Assembly (NCBI GenBank): GCA_964016885.1
Contig: OZ024740.1
Span: 34,534,001 to 34,598,000 of the forward strand
Reading direction: 5' to 3'
Origin: Eledone cirrhosa
Lineage: Eukaryota
Length of the DNA: 64,000 nt
The notes under the pieces were generated by a model. That model did not search any database and had not been told where the DNA came from. It worked only from the letters and a program-made list of their open reading frames with translations. Shown here piece after piece: positions 42,815-56,534 of this stretch; within the stretch, counting starts at the first letter, position 1; each line of letters opens with the position of its first letter. The translations under genes were made by a program, and so were the position numbers.

Positions 42815-45480
42815 CAATAAACCCACCGTATACATCGGTAAGCCAGTTAATACACCACATTGAATATAATTTACAACTTATCATTCTTACAGAGGGATAT
42901 CATTCAGAGATAGTGCTCTACTCACACATACACACACATATCCACACAAGGGGGCGATATCATTCTCACAGAGATAGTGCTCTTCTCAATACGTGTGCAG
43001 TACCAGTCAAAACAATTTTTTGCACCTCTTGCAGTGAGGGTAAACCAGGAATCGTTCACAAATATTGTTCTGTTCCTTTCTTGATCATACCCAGTCCTCC
43101 CACAATCACTGGTATTGTAACGGCCTTGGGGTGCCACATTTTTTCGATTTCAATAAGCAGATCTTTATATTTTCTTAACTTTTGCCACGTTATTGTCATC
43201 ACATGGGATGTTCAAATCAATCAATAAACAGACCTTGCTATGCTGGTCTTTTACAATGATATCTGGTCTATTAGCTTTTATGGTCTGGTCAGTATGTATA
43301 GGAAAGTCCCAAAGAATTGTTACCTTTTCTCCTTCAGTTACAGCCTCAGGGTGATGATTGTACCACTTGTCAGCAGCTTTGATTTTATAATGTCAACATA
43401 TTATCCAGTGTAGATATTGGCCAACTCTGTCATGTCTATATTTGTACTCTACTCGGGCTAAAACTTTACATCCAGAAACTAGGTGGTCCACTGTTTCAAC
43501 CTCAACATTGCAGAATCGGCACTTTGGATTTACTCCATTTCTCATCACATTGGCCTGGTAGTTCCGAGTCAGTAAACTTTGATCTTGGGCAGCTAAGATG
43601 AAGCCTTCGTTCTCTGCGTTTAGCCCTGAGCTACGTAGCCACTGACAGGTGTGCTTTTGGTCAACATCAGCTTGTTTCCTACGGGCCACACATTTGCTAT
43701 ACAGAGGTTTCTGCTCTCACTTTGATGCTAATTGCTCCTGCCCTTTTCCTTTTCCCATTAATTCTATGTGCTTAGCAGCGACAATTGCAACGGTTTCCTC
43801 AGTCTGTCCAGCCTGGGGATCAAACATGAGATCAGTAGCATATTGTTTGCCATCCGTCAAGATAAAATGAAGCTTCTTACTTCTCTCATGTTTTCCAACA
43901 AGTTTCAGCATACAGTCGTTTATTGTTTCAAGGTATTTGGTCAGTCCAATAGTGGTGGTCTTGTAGGTAAGTTCAAATTGCATCAGACCATGGCCTCCTT
44001 GAGTTCTAGGAAGGTAAAGACGATCCACATCTGCTTTCGGGTGGTGATTCTTATTACAAGTCTGTAACTTACGGAGTTTAGTGTCGATCCTTTTAATTTC
44101 ACTCATATTCCAGTTCAACACACCGAAGCTATAAGTGACAACTGGAACTGCCAATGAATTTATTGCTAACCCCTTGTTATGAGAACTTAGGTCTGATTTC
44201 AGAACTGCGCGTACTCTCCTGCAACATTCCTTCCTTATCCTCCCTTTCATACTTGAATGCTGAATGCCAGAGACCTCATTAATCCCTAAGTATTTATAGG
44301 TTTGTTCCTGCTCAAGTTCTTTTATGACTGTTTCAGCATCTAATTCAACTGAGTTTGAGTTGCTAAGCTTCCCATTCTTGAAAGTGGCTTTGGCACACTT
44401 ATCAAGTCCAAACTCCATCCTGATGTCATCACTAAATGTTTTTACTGTCCGCAAAAGGCCTTCCAGCTGGTCATTGTCTTTGTATTTTAGCATCAGATCA
44501 TCCATATAAAATCTACATTAGCATTATGTGATTTCTCATCACTCCAAATCTTTCTCCAAAAGTTTTCAACTTCTTCTATGGACGGAGGGTCTTCAATAGT
44601 TATTTTCTTTTCTATTTTCTTTATAAAATGACTTGACATTGGATGAGAACAACTTATTTTGCCTGTAGAAGTTGTTTCGCTTTTCGAATCTACGAATTCG
44701 TTGGGCTTTTACTTGGACTTTTTGTTTCAGAGTTTCCTTTGTTGATATTAGTACTTCTCCAGGAGAAAGTCCATATTTTCTCTTTAGCTTTCTTCCCTTC
44801 CTGGATCTTATATCATTTCCAGTAATTAGCTCATTCATTAAAGATATTTCCACTCTCATTAGGTCAAATTTCCTTTTCAATTCTACTCCTCCAAATTGTT
44901 TTACTTCGCAAGTTAGACTGTCTTTGTTTTTTTGGTGGTAAACAACTTGTTTCAATTATTCTAGCAGATGCACAAATGATGATTTCATTTAACTCAGTAA
45001 GATCAGGTTCTAATTCTTCTATGAATTCTTTTGTTACAGAGTTACCAATCACTATTTGTTTTTTTTAAATTTTGGATTATATTTGGGAGTTTTTGAAGTG
45101 GTTCTCTATCATTTATATTAGTATGTCATATAACTGCAAGCTCATTCAGTATTCTCCGTTTCAATTCCTTCATAGACTCTCTTCAGCAAAAGTTTGGTCT
45201 TCAAGTACTGTTTCTATACCCCATTCCTGGCTATTTTCAGCAGGTTCTATAGGACTACTCACTTCTACAAACCTATTTGAGGATTGGTCAGATGGAGGTC
45301 TCTCAGTAAAAACTTGTGACTAGTTACTATCTCCAGGAGATTCTTCAGTTATTTCATAACTTATATTTATGTCATTCTCCACAACATGCTTGATCGCAGT
45401 TATTTCAGTATCTGTGAGTCTATTATTTCTGAAGATATTCCTCCTAACATTTGCTAACTTATTTTCAACCCGATAACGTC
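42815..45480 (-). mobile_element. Degenerate Dong/R4-like element with internal deletion
   Basis: YMDD and YKYLG (43717-44505), CRFC..ETVDHLVSGC and RHD (43393-43689), RPD and KYKDL..IPVIVG (~42970-43270), N-terminal QRIRRF region (44593-44955). Confidence 0.85.
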
Positions 45481-45489
45481 TGCTATCGT

Positions 45490-47200
45490 GATTCCGTGTT
45501 TTCCAAATTTTGTAAGAGTTTGCAGTGTGTCTGTCGTGTGATGGCTTACTTAATGTATATGCGTATATTACTTCTTTATACTCTTCTCGGGTTCATTTCA
45601 TCCTTTTACATTTTTCTTTCTGGGGTGGTTTGGGTGGGGGGTCTGGGGGGCTCGAGTTGGAGCAATCCACGTTCAAGTGACCATCCAGGTCCATAATCGG
45701 AGCAGAGTTTGTGCCAGAGGAGGACTTTTTGATCTCACGTTGGCACCTTCTTAAGGGACGCGATTCCTGATTAACCATAGGACAAGGGATCTGGTATTCT
45801 GTATTAATTTTTATTTGTTCTTCCCGCAATACATAATTGCGTTACGCATGGAATTGGAAGTCCATGGAATGTTGCCCGGCTCTTTGGGTAGTGCATTGGT
45901 TGGGCAGCTGTGAAATTATTATTGCCATTATAACAACGGTATAGTTATGGCCATTGCCATGTAAGGATTTCTCTTGCCATCGTTTTAACATGGCATTCTG
46001 GATATCAATTTTCAAATAAAATTTTGTCTTTCTCAATTTCTATTGTGTTTTCTTAGCTTTCATTTTCCTCACAATTATCTGTTAGTCCAATTTCTGATTT
46101 GAATCTTTTGGTCTCCTTGAAGACCAAGGACAGCTTTTGGTTTTGTTCATATTTCGTGGCTATTTGTATTAGCTTTCCTTTGTTTTTTATTAGGTATTTT
46201 TGTAGTCCTACAGTAGTTATTTTATAAGTGCTTTCTACTTGCATAAGGCCCCTTTCTCCTTGTGTTCTTGGTAGGTATATTTTTTCTACGCCTGATTTTG
46301 GATGGTGTATTGGCGGTCATTACTCTTTTGTTTTTCTATCTATTTCAGCTAGTTCGTCCAATTCAAAATGTTAAAGCTCTAGCTCATTACTGGGACTGCT
46401 AAAGTGCTGATGCCAATCACCTTATTCTTTGCATTTAGTTCAGTTTTGAGTATTAACCTAATTCTTCTGTAGTATTCTTTTCTAATCTTTTCTTTCATCT
46501 GTGTGTGTTGAATCTTATCTAGTTCGTTGGTTCCTAAGTATTTGTATGTTTGAGATTGATATAGTTCTCTTATTTCTGCTTCTTTATCTAAAAATGATAT
46601 TATTGGTTTTCACTAATTTCCCTTTCTTCAGAGTTGCCTTGGCAATTTTTCTAACGCAAATTTCATACCTATTTCTTTTGTGAATCCGTGTACAGTTTGA
46701 AGCAGTTGTTTTTCATTTGTAGCATACAGCTTTAGATCATCCATATATAGGAGATGGTTAATTTTCCCATTGTAGCATTTATACCCTAGCCCAGTTTTGT
46801 TCAGTGTTTCAGACAATGGTGTTAATGCTAGGCAGAAAAGCAGTGGTGGTAGGGAGTCTCCTTGGAATATGCCTCTGTTGATTGGGATAGGCTCTGTTTT
46901 TATTGTTTCATCCAGTTGTTTGTATCAGCAGAATTGTTTGCCATTGACTCATGGCATGTTTGATAAATGTCGTTATTTTTGCTGATACCCTATTCATGGC
47001 TAGAGTGTTGAGTATCCATATATGGGGAACACTGTCAAACACTTTTTGGTAATCAATCCAAGCCATGCTGATTTTTCTTTTTTTTTTTTTGCAGTTTCCA
47101 GTTATAGCTTTATTTATTAACAACTGGTCTTTGTATCCATATGAACCTCTGCAAAGTCCTTTCTGTTCTTCTGGGAGCAGGTTGTTTTTTCCAGGTGTTT
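45490..47200 (-). mobile_element. Further degenerate Dong/R4-like fragments
   Basis: WIDYQKVFDSVPH, GIFQGDSL, LYMDDLKL, RWQEKSLHG. Confidence 0.8.
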
Positions 47201-47651
47201 GGTTATTTTCTGTGAAAGTATTGGAGTTAAGGTTTTGTGAATTTTATAAAAAGTAAAAAAGTTTTCTCTCAGTTTATAAGCAGAGTGAATATATTTAACT
47301 TCGTCAGTTTCGCTGTCCACACCTATCCCTCGTGAAACTCACCGGAGAGCAGGATCTTTTTTTATACCATTACTCACTTCTTTAAGTGAAGAAGTTGATG
47401 AGGATTTGATCAGGGGAGAAAATCCTTTTAACTGTGTTTAATACACAAATTCATTTGTCACAGTGACCAGGAAATTGCAGGCCATTCTTACTTGCCACTG
47501 GAAGGCAGTGAGTCTATCTTAATATTTTCCCAATAGACTCGTTTGATAGCGAGTCCTCCGTAGACGTGTATAAAACTGGTTGTTATAGGCCCTACATTCA
47601 GTAAAGAATGGACACTGAACGAGTGCAGAATAATATAACTAAATAATATAA

Positions 47652-50600
47652 TCATTATCTATAAAAGGCAGATTTTTGTGTCTGTATGTATGTTTCAATT
47701 TTATACATTTACACAATTCCAAAAATATTGAATGAATAATTAAGCAGAATGTTACAATATTCTAGCTTGGGTCATGGGCGATCTTATTGGGTAAAAAATG
47801 CCACAATTACGGAAAAATCGATTTATTTCAACAATCGATGATTTCTCCTCTCTCATATGATATACGTTTCCTATATCTACTCCCATTCATCACCTCCCCT
47901 TAAAATTGCTACCTTCTCTTATAAGTGTTTGTGAAAAAGAGAAACATTGAAAAAAAACATATACACACATATATGTGGGTGCATACACGCACATATATGT
48001 TGGTATGGTTACGATTGACGTCATAGAAACAGGAACGTGGGAATTTCAATCAATCAACGCATACACAGTTTGTTTTAGAAATAACAATAGCATATAATGA
48101 TAAAGAGATCGGCCTTACACTTTCAAAATAATTTTTTCTGTATAAGTAACTTTAACCCTTTATTTTCGACATAAAAATACACACATACATACAAATACCT
48201 GTAAATTTTTTTTGGGGGCCTTTCTTATCAATCTTTGACTTTCAAAGTCAATTTTTATGTTGAAGTAACTTTCAACCTTTAATACATACATACATACATA
48301 CATACATACATACATACATACATACATACATACATACATACATACATACATACATACATACATACATACAAATACCTGTCACTTAATTTACACACACATC
48401 GGCCTTACACTTTCATACTATATTTTTCTGTAGAAGTAACTTTAACCCTTTCTTTTCGACATAAAAATACACACATACATACAAATACCTGTACATTTTT
48501 TTTGGGGGGGAGGGGGGCCTTTCTTATCAATCTTTTTACATTCAATTATCAGCCTTATACTTTCAAAGTCAATTTTTATGTTGAAGTAACTTTCACCCTT
48601 TATTTTTCGATACCCATTTACTTACTAACATTTGTATCACAACAACAATAACAATATTCATAAACAGACAGTAGACTTTCAAAGTCAATTTTTCTGTAGA
48701 AGTAACTTTCACCCTTTCTTTTGGACATAAAATTCCACCTAAAAAGAGAAGTCGCCTCAGTCGAAATACCGCGTCAGCAGTGGCGCAAAAGGCTACTATA
48801 GCAAACGAGTCCTCTGAGTAAAATGCTTCAAGACTTTCACAGACAGCCTTACGTTCAGCAGAATGTCGAGCCGCTGAAAGTTTCCAACAGCGCACCGCAC
48901 GCCTAGCCAAAATGGCTTCATACCAGGCTTCTTCCAGAGCTTCAGAGAGCCGTGAACAAAGGTCGAAGCGCCTGGCTAGAAACGCTGCGACTAATGCTGC
49001 TTCCAGGTCTTTGGAACGTTTAAAACAACGGACGGCTCGCCTTCCTACAGACGCTGCGGCTATGACTACTTCCATGGCTTCTGAAGATGCAGACGGGCGG
49101 TCCATTAGCATTGCAAATGTTGCTTCTGCTATTGCTGCCAGACCTTCCCACCAACCACACGACCAATGTTCTACGTTCAAGCGTAACAGTCGACGGCGAG
49201 AAGCTGCACGCGGTGTGACGAGCCCCAACAGCCCTTACTGGCGCCTACGGGCTTTCAAGTATGAGCAAAACGTTAATTACTCGATGCGCTCTGACATAAA
49301 TATAGGCGAGATGCGCTTCAATTGCCAATTCTGCAATGCTACAAAGTGGGCTGGGGAGCCACCTGCAATGTGCTGCTTAAATGGTAACGTCACCTTGCCC
49401 CCTCTTCCGGAACCGCCAGAGCCTTTGAAGGAACTACTGACTGGTTATACCTCAAGGTAAAAAGAAAAAAAAACCCGGATCCCCCCAATAAAAAACGCTC
49501 CTGGGGGTACCGGAAAAACTTTTGTAACGAATTTGATTCTGGCTAAGATTCGTCAGGAGAAAAAAGTTGCGTTGTCCGTTGCATCGTCCGGGATCGCTTC
49601 TACTTTGCTGCCGGGAGGCAGGACAGCACATTCAACCTTTAAACTCCCTTTGGATTTAGTAAAAACTGAGACACCAACATGCAATATCAGCAAGAGTTCA
49701 CACAAAGCTCTGGTTCTCAAAAGATGTTGCCTCATTGTTTGGGATGAGTGCACAATGGCACACAAGGATGCCCTTGAGGCATTGGACAGGGCCCGGAAAG
49801 ACATTAGGGATTCTACGGCTCCTATGGGTGGCGTAACCCTTCCGCTATCAGGGAATTTTCGGAAAACGCTGCCTGTCATCCCCAAATGGACAAGAGCTGA
49901 TGAAGTGCGTGCCTGTCTTAAGTCGTCCATGTTGTGGCTCCAGGTGAATAGTTTGTACCTGAGAACAAATATGCGTGCTCATTTGCATGGTGACAACATG
50001 TCTGCAGCACAGAACATTTTAGCACTTGGTGAGGGCAAGATCCTTGCGGATGACAAGAGCGGCATAGCAATCGACACCCTGTGCAACATTGTGAGCAGCC
50101 CTTCTGACCTTTGGGAAGCAGTTTTTCCTAATGTCTCATCTAACTTTAAAAACCTCAATTGGCTCAGCGAAAGAGCCATCCTTGCTCCGAAAAATACCAT
50201 AGTTAATTTTATTAACGAGCAGCTGATTGAGAAGATTCCCGGTAAAGAGCACATCTTCAAATCAGACCCCGACGATATCGTTAATTATCCGGTTGAGTTA
50301 TTAAATCTCCTTGAGCCCCCAGGGCTCCCACCTCACATTATTAAGCTTAGGGTTGGCTGTCCCATTATGCTAATAAGGAAGTTGCGTCCACCAAAGCAGT
50401 GCAACGGTACTCGAATGGTCGTCAAGTCACTGACACCCACTTGATTGAGGCCACCATTGTAACGGGGTGCGGAAGAGGGGAGAATGTTTTCATTCCAAGG
50501 ATGAACCTTTTCCCCTCGGCGTCAGATATCCCGTTCGATTTCCGACGATCCCAATTCCCGGTGAGACCATGTTTTGCCATGTCCATTAACAAGTCACATG

Positions 50601-51072
50601 GGCAAACATTGTCGGTGGCGGGCATCCATTTGGAGGAGCCATGCTTCTCCCATGGCCAACTTTATGCTGCCTGTTCCCGCGCAGGGAGCAGGAATGGACT
50701 TTTTGCTTACTCTCCTCAAGGGATGACACGCAATATCGTCTACAAAGAGGTGCTATAGATGTTGGTGCAGGTGTTGGAGCTATGCCGTCTGGAACACTAT
50801 TTCTTGGTAGGATATCTCATGGCGGACAGATCTGACACCCAGCGGCATCAGGGCCACCATCTTGCAACTTTGGTCTACTAAATTCGCTATTGGAGGATTA
50901 TTAACCCATCATTAATTGACCAAAATGCTAATTGGTTCGTTACTTTTAATAACCGGTTCAACTGCTTTATGCACTTAATTGATAAGCTTATTCGCTTTCA
51001 AACCACGTTTACCTGTATGTAACTTTTCATAGCAAATGAACAAACCCGAGCAACGCCGGGCTAAACTGCTAG
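47652..51072 (+). mobile_element. Helitron, internally deleted
   Basis: 5' A|TC at 47651/47652. 3' hairpin CCCGAGC-AAC-GCCGGG then CTAG|T at 51069-51073. Contains RepHel remnants. Confidence 0.85.
48740..50758 (+). pseudogene. Helitron RepHel remnant: N-terminal repeats/Zn finger joined to a Pif1-family helicase
   Basis: CQFCNATKW.GE...CCLNG, then APGGTGKT (~49496), VASSGIA, GGRTAHS, WDE, CNGTR, FAMSINKSHGQT, HGQLYAACSR. Contains stops and frameshifts; no HUH Rep domain seen. Confidence 0.88.
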
Positions 51073-51246
51073 TAATTAATATAATATAATCGATATAATA
51101 CAATAATTAATAGAATCTAATCAATGTAACTGATATAATGAATATAATATAAATAATATAAAATATAATAAAGGGAGGAGTGTGGGACTGCGTCCAGAAT
51201 TTATTTTTTTTATCCCGTTTGTAAAATAAGTTGGATTACTTTGAAT

Positions 51247-51927
51247 AAATAATTACTGGTACTTTATTTTATCGACCCCGTAAGGATGAAAGGCAAAGTC
51301 AACCTCGGCGGGATTTGAACTCAGATCGTTAAGGGACGTAACTATGCTGGAAAGCATGGCATCCGACCCTCTACCGATACTGCAATCCAGAATAAATAAT
51401 TATTTCTACTTTTGGCACAAGGCCAGCAATTATCCCAGTACATTACTGGTATTTTATTTTATCGACCCCGTAAGGATGAAAGGCAAAGTTAACCTCGGCG
51501 GGATTTGAACTCAGACCATAAAGGGCCGTAACTCTTTGCTGCAAAGCATGGCGACCGACCCTCTACCGATACTGCCAATCCACAATGAACGAATATTACA
51601 TAATTTATGTACTAAATTTCGTAACACTTGATTAAATAATTTCATTGCTTATTTCAAGATTCACTTCTTTAAAAAATGTTTAAATGTCAATACTTCCGGT
51701 TATGATATAATGGTTTTTTTATTTAGGCACAAGACCAGCAATTTTGAGGGAGGGGAAAGTCGATTAAATCGACCCAGTTCATTACTGGTGCTTTATTTTA
51801 TCGACCGCGTAAGAATGAAAGGCAAAGCTAACCTTGGTGGGATTTGAACTCAGATCATAAAGGGCCGTAACTCTATGCTGCAAAGCATGGCGTCCGACCC
51901 TCTACCGATACTGCCAATCCGCTGCCC
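51247..51927 (-). mobile_element. Three SINE copies (~51247-51390, 51393-51583, 51716-51927)
   Basis: Repeated CGACCCCGTAAGGATGAAAGGCAAAG..AACCTCGGCGGGATTTGAACTCAGA. Confidence 0.85.
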
Positions 51928-52471
51928 TGCTTCCGGTTATCATATAATAGACGCTATATTATATCGCTTATATAAACGTTCGTATATTTGCATCGTTATA
52001 TAACGTTTATATTTCCGTCGCTAATTTTCTCCTTTTTCATTTTCATAAAATTTCACCGTAATGCAGTTTATATACAATATTGTGATTTTTAAATGTATCA
52101 TGGATTACTTTACTGATTACAGAAGACAGTGTAACACAGTCTCTCTTCAATTTCTGTGCATGTTCTTAATTACGATTTTATTTGATGTATCATATCTACA
52201 TGCATATATACTAGCAGAAAAGCACCGGAAGGGTGGTTTTTCTGCTAGTATAATATGATACTTTATGAAACACTTGATGTAATTGTCATTTATATGTCTG
52301 TAATTTGAGGATTTATTCTAATTCTGTCAATAGTCATAGTTTTGTCAATTCTTCTGGGATATTTTTTTCTCATCCGTTGAAAATAATCTCAAAATTCTAT
52401 AATTCGTAAAATAATTGTGTAATATCTATTTATATATCAATAGACAAAATAATTGTCTAATATTATTAATT

Positions 52472-52686
52472 CGATTGGCAGTATCGGTAGAGAGTCGGAC
52501 GCCATGCTTTTCAGCATAGAGTTACGCCTCTTTACTGTCTGAGTTCAAAACCCCTCGAGGTTAACTTTGCCTTTCATCCTTACGGGGTCGATAAAATAAA
52601 GCACCAGTAACGAACTGGGGTCGATTTAATCGACTTTTCCCTCCCCCCAAATTACTGGCCTTGTGCCTATACTAGAAATCATTATT
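52472..52686 (+). mobile_element. tRNA-derived SINE
   Basis: TGGCAGTATCGG A-box, GAGTTCAAA B-box, ATT tail. Confidence 0.85.
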
Positions 52687-52738
52687 AATTCATATATTAA
52701 TAGACAATAAAATCATTGTGTAATATTATTTTCTTCAG

Positions 52739-52942
52739 ATATTAATAGGCAGAAAAAACATAAAAGATTACAACGTGAGGTCGTTGAGAAAGATATTCGG
52801 TGTTGTTAGCCAAGAACCTGTTCTGTTTGGAACCTCTATAAAGGAGAATATTCGAGATGGTGAGGAAAATGCAACAGATGAAGACATAATTGCAGCAGCA
52901 AAAGAAGCCAATGCTCACGACTTCATTAAGCAACTTCCAGAG
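52739..52942 (+). CDS. ABCB1: ABCB1-like NBD exon with Q-loop
   Basis: ttcttcag| acceptor, 204 nt encoding [38 protein letters not shown]...[12 protein letters not shown], then |gtaaca donor. Phase 0 and in frame with the 1679-1804 exon. Confidence 0.95.
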
Positions 52943-53110
52943 GTAACATTTTGTGATGAAATTGTTTTGTAATTACAGTTGTAAAGGAGCATACATTTTA
53001 TATAATAAAAAACTGTGAATAATGTAAAAAATATAAGAATTAACTGAGGAATACATTGAAAAATAAAAGTACTGCTAGAGTGGAGAGGTACTATTTGTAC
53101 ACATCTGAGA

Positions 53111-53311
53111 GTGGTGGATTGACAATATCGTTAGCGTATCGTGGTATTTAGTTACAGCTCTTTACGTTCTGAGTTCAAATCCCGCCGAAGTCAACTTTGC
53201 CTTTTATCAGTCAGGGATCGATAAAATAAAGCACCAGTCAATAACTGCGGCCGATTTAATCGATTTCCCCACAAATTGTTGGCCTGGGCCTAAATTTAAA
53301 AAAGCATTATT
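53111..53311 (+). mobile_element. Diverged SINE
   Basis: GAGTTCAAATCCCGCCGA...GATAAAATAAAGCACCAG. Confidence 0.75.
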
Positions 53312-53565
53312 TGTACATATATTGCTTATCATTATGCATACAAAAGAAATAATATTTGTACTAAGCATGAGTTAGTAACAATTCACACATAAGAATAATT
53401 TTGGGATAATTCTCTTACCAATGTAAACATGGAATGGAATGGACCATTAACGGTGTCAACGATGAGTATTCCAGTTGGACGATGATTGTAAAAGTCTGCT
53501 CGTGAAATTAACGTGCAGAAAACTGAGCATTTCGCAGACACGTGTATTCTAAATGTAATTGTATG

Positions 53566-56075
53566 GGCATAGCTCAGTAGAGAGGTGTCTTATTCTAGTC
53601 ACACAATAGCTCAGTAGAGATGTGTCTTATTCTAGTCACACAATAGCTCAGTAGAGAGGTGTCTTATTCTAGTCACACAATAGCTCAGTAGAGAGGTGTC
53701 TTATTCTAGTCACACAATAGCTCAGTAGAGAGGTGTCTTATTCTAGTCACACAATAGCTCAGTAGAGAGGTGTCTCATTCTAGTCACACAATAGCTCAGT
53801 AGAGAGGTGTCTTATTCTAGTCACACCATAGGCCAGTAGAGAGGTGTCTTATTCTAGTCACACCATAGCTCAGTAAAGAGGTGTCTTATTCTAGTAACAC
53901 TATGGTTTAGTAGAGAGGTGTCTTATTCTAGTCACACCATAGCTCAGTAAAGAGGTGTCTCATTCTAGTCACACAATAGCTCAGTAGAGAGGTGTCTTAT
54001 TCTAGTCACACCATAGGTCAGTAGAGAGGTGTCTTATTCTAGTCACACAATAGCTCAGTAGAGAGGTGTCTTATTCTAGTCACACCATAGGTCAGTAGAG
54101 AGGTGTCTTATTCTAGTCACACCATAGGTCAGTCGAGAGGTGTCTTATTCTAGTCACACCATAGGTCAGTAGAGAGGTGTCTTATTCTGATCACACCATA
54201 GCTCAGTAGAGAGGTGTCTTATTCTAGTCACACAATAGCTCAGTAGAGAGGTGTCTCATTCTAGTCACACAATAGCTCAGTAGAGAGGTGTCTTATTCTA
54301 GTCACACCATAGGTCAGTAGAGAGGTGTCTTATTCTAGTCACACAATAGCTCAGTAGAGAGGTGTCTTATTCTAGTCACACCATAGGTCAGTAGAGAGGT
54401 GTCTTATTCTAGTCACACCATAGGTCAGTAGAGAGGTGTCTTATTCTAGTCACACCATAGGTCAGCCGAGAGGTGTCTTATTCTAATCACACAATAGCTC
54501 AGTAGAGAGGTGTCTTATTCTAGTCACACCATAGCTCAGTAGAGAGGTGTCTTATTCTCGTCACACCATAGGTCAGTCGAGAGGTGTCTTATTCTAGTCA
54601 CACCATAGCTCAGTAGAGAGGTGTCTTTTTCTAGTCACACGATAGCTCAGTAGAGAGGTGTCTTATTCTAGTCATACCATAGCTTAGTAAAGAGGTGTCT
54701 CATTCTAGTCACACAATAGCTCAGTAGAGAGGTGTCTTATTTTAGTCACACCATAGGTCAGTCGAGAGGTGTCTTATTCTAGTCACACCATAGCTCAGTA
54801 GAGAGGTGTCTTTTTCTAGTCACACGATAGCTCAGTAGAGAGGTGTCTTATTCTAGTCACACCATAACTCAGTAGAGAGGTGTCTTATTCTAGTCACACC
54901 ATAGCTCAGTAGAGAGGTGTCTTTTTCTAGTCACACGATAGCTCAGTAGAGAGGTGTCTTATTCTAGTCATACCATAGCTTAGTAAAGAGGTGTCTCATT
55001 CTAGTCACACAATAGCTCAGTAGAGAGGTGTCTTATTTTAGCCACACCATAGGTCAGTCGAGAGGTGTCTTATTCTAGTCACACCATAGCTCAGTAGAGA
55101 GGTGTCTTTTTCTAGTCACACGATAGCTCAGTAGAGAGGTGTCTTATTCTAGTCACACCATAACTCAGTAGAGAGGTGTCTTATTCGAGTCACACGATAG
55201 CTCAGTAGAGATGTGTCTTATTCTAGTCACACCATAGGTCAGTAGAGAGGTGTTTTATTCTAGTCACACGTTAGCTCAGTAGAGAAGTATCTTATTCTAG
55301 TCACACAATAGCTCAGTAAAGAGGTGCCTCATTCTAGTAACACTATAGTTTAGTAGAGAGGTGTCTTATTCTAGTCACACCATAGCTCAGTAGAGATGTG
55401 TCTTATTCGAGTCACACGATAGCTCAGTAGAGATGTGTCTTATTCTAGTCACACCATAGGTCAGTAGAGAGGTGTTTTATTCTAGTCACACGATAGCTCA
55501 GTACAGAAGTGTCTTATTCTAGTCACACAATAGCTCAGTAGAGAGGTGCCTCATTCTAGTAACACTATAGTTTAGTAGAGAGGTGTCTTATTCTAGTCAC
55601 ACCATAGGCCAGTAGAGAGGTGTCTTATTCTAGTCACACCATAGCTCAGTAAAGAGGTGTCTTATTCTAGTAACACTATAGTTTAGTAGAGAGGTGTCTT
55701 ATTCTGGTCACACCATAGGTCAGTAGAGAGGTATCTTATTCTAGTAATACTATAGTTTAGTAGAGAGGTGTCTTATTCTGATCACGCCATAGTTTAGTAG
55801 AGAGGTGTCTTATTCTGGTCACACAATAGTTTAGTAGAGTGGTGTGTTATTCTGGTCACACCATATCTTAGTGGAACGTGAGAGTGAAAGAAAGAGAGAG
55901 AGAAAGAGAAAGAGAGAGAGAGGAAAAGCGAGAGAGAGAGATGTCTTATTTTAGTTACAACATAGCTCACATGAGAGAGGTGTCTTATTTTAAGCACACC
56001 ATAGCTCAGTAGAAAGAGAGGTATCGTATTCTATCCAAAGCATAGCTCAGGAGACAGGGTGTCTTATTCGAGTCA
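53566..56075. repeat. 37-bp minisatellite (ATAGCTCAGTAGAGAGGTGTCTTATTCTAGTCACACC), roughly 60-65 units, degenerating 3'
   Basis: Period 37, e.g. 53581 to 53618. Confidence 0.95.
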
Positions 56076-56223
56076 AAAAGCAACACGACCAGGCAATAAA
56101 ATATTAGAGTTAAATATTTCAGCTCGATGAATGTTAGATTATTTTATGTCTATGTATAAGATATATTTCGAAAATATCATAATGAAATACAATTATAATT
56201 TTAGTTAATGAACGATGGTAAAT

Positions 56224-56410
56224 GGTGGATTGGCAGTATCGGTAGAGGGTCGGAGCCATGCTTTGCAGGAAAGAGTTACGGTCCTTTATGGTCTGAGTTC
56301 AAATCCCGCCGAGGTTAACTTTGCCTTTCATCCTTACGGGGTCGATAAAATAAAGTACCAGTAATACACTGGGGGTAATTGCAGGCCTTGTGTCCAAAGT
56401 AGAAACAAAT
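56224..56410 (+). mobile_element. tRNA-derived SINE
   Basis: Full head GGTGGATTGGCAGTATCGG, B-box and body. Confidence 0.85.
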
Positions 56411-56534
56411 ATTTAGCATTAATAAATTATTATTTAATAAATTCGCATTTACAAATTTTCAACTTTGTATTCTAAATGAATGTCACAATTTTAAATGAAA
56501 TATTTGAAATACATTTTTGTTTATATATTTTCAG

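Noticed and set aside
49533-50758. Host PIF1 helicase gene
   Set aside because: Intronless, frameshifted and enclosed by Helitron termini.
53566-56075. CRISPR array or tRNA gene cluster (37-bp repeats)
   Set aside because: Units are head-to-tail with no unique spacers, there are no cas genes, the context is a eukaryotic intron, and no cloverleaf forms.
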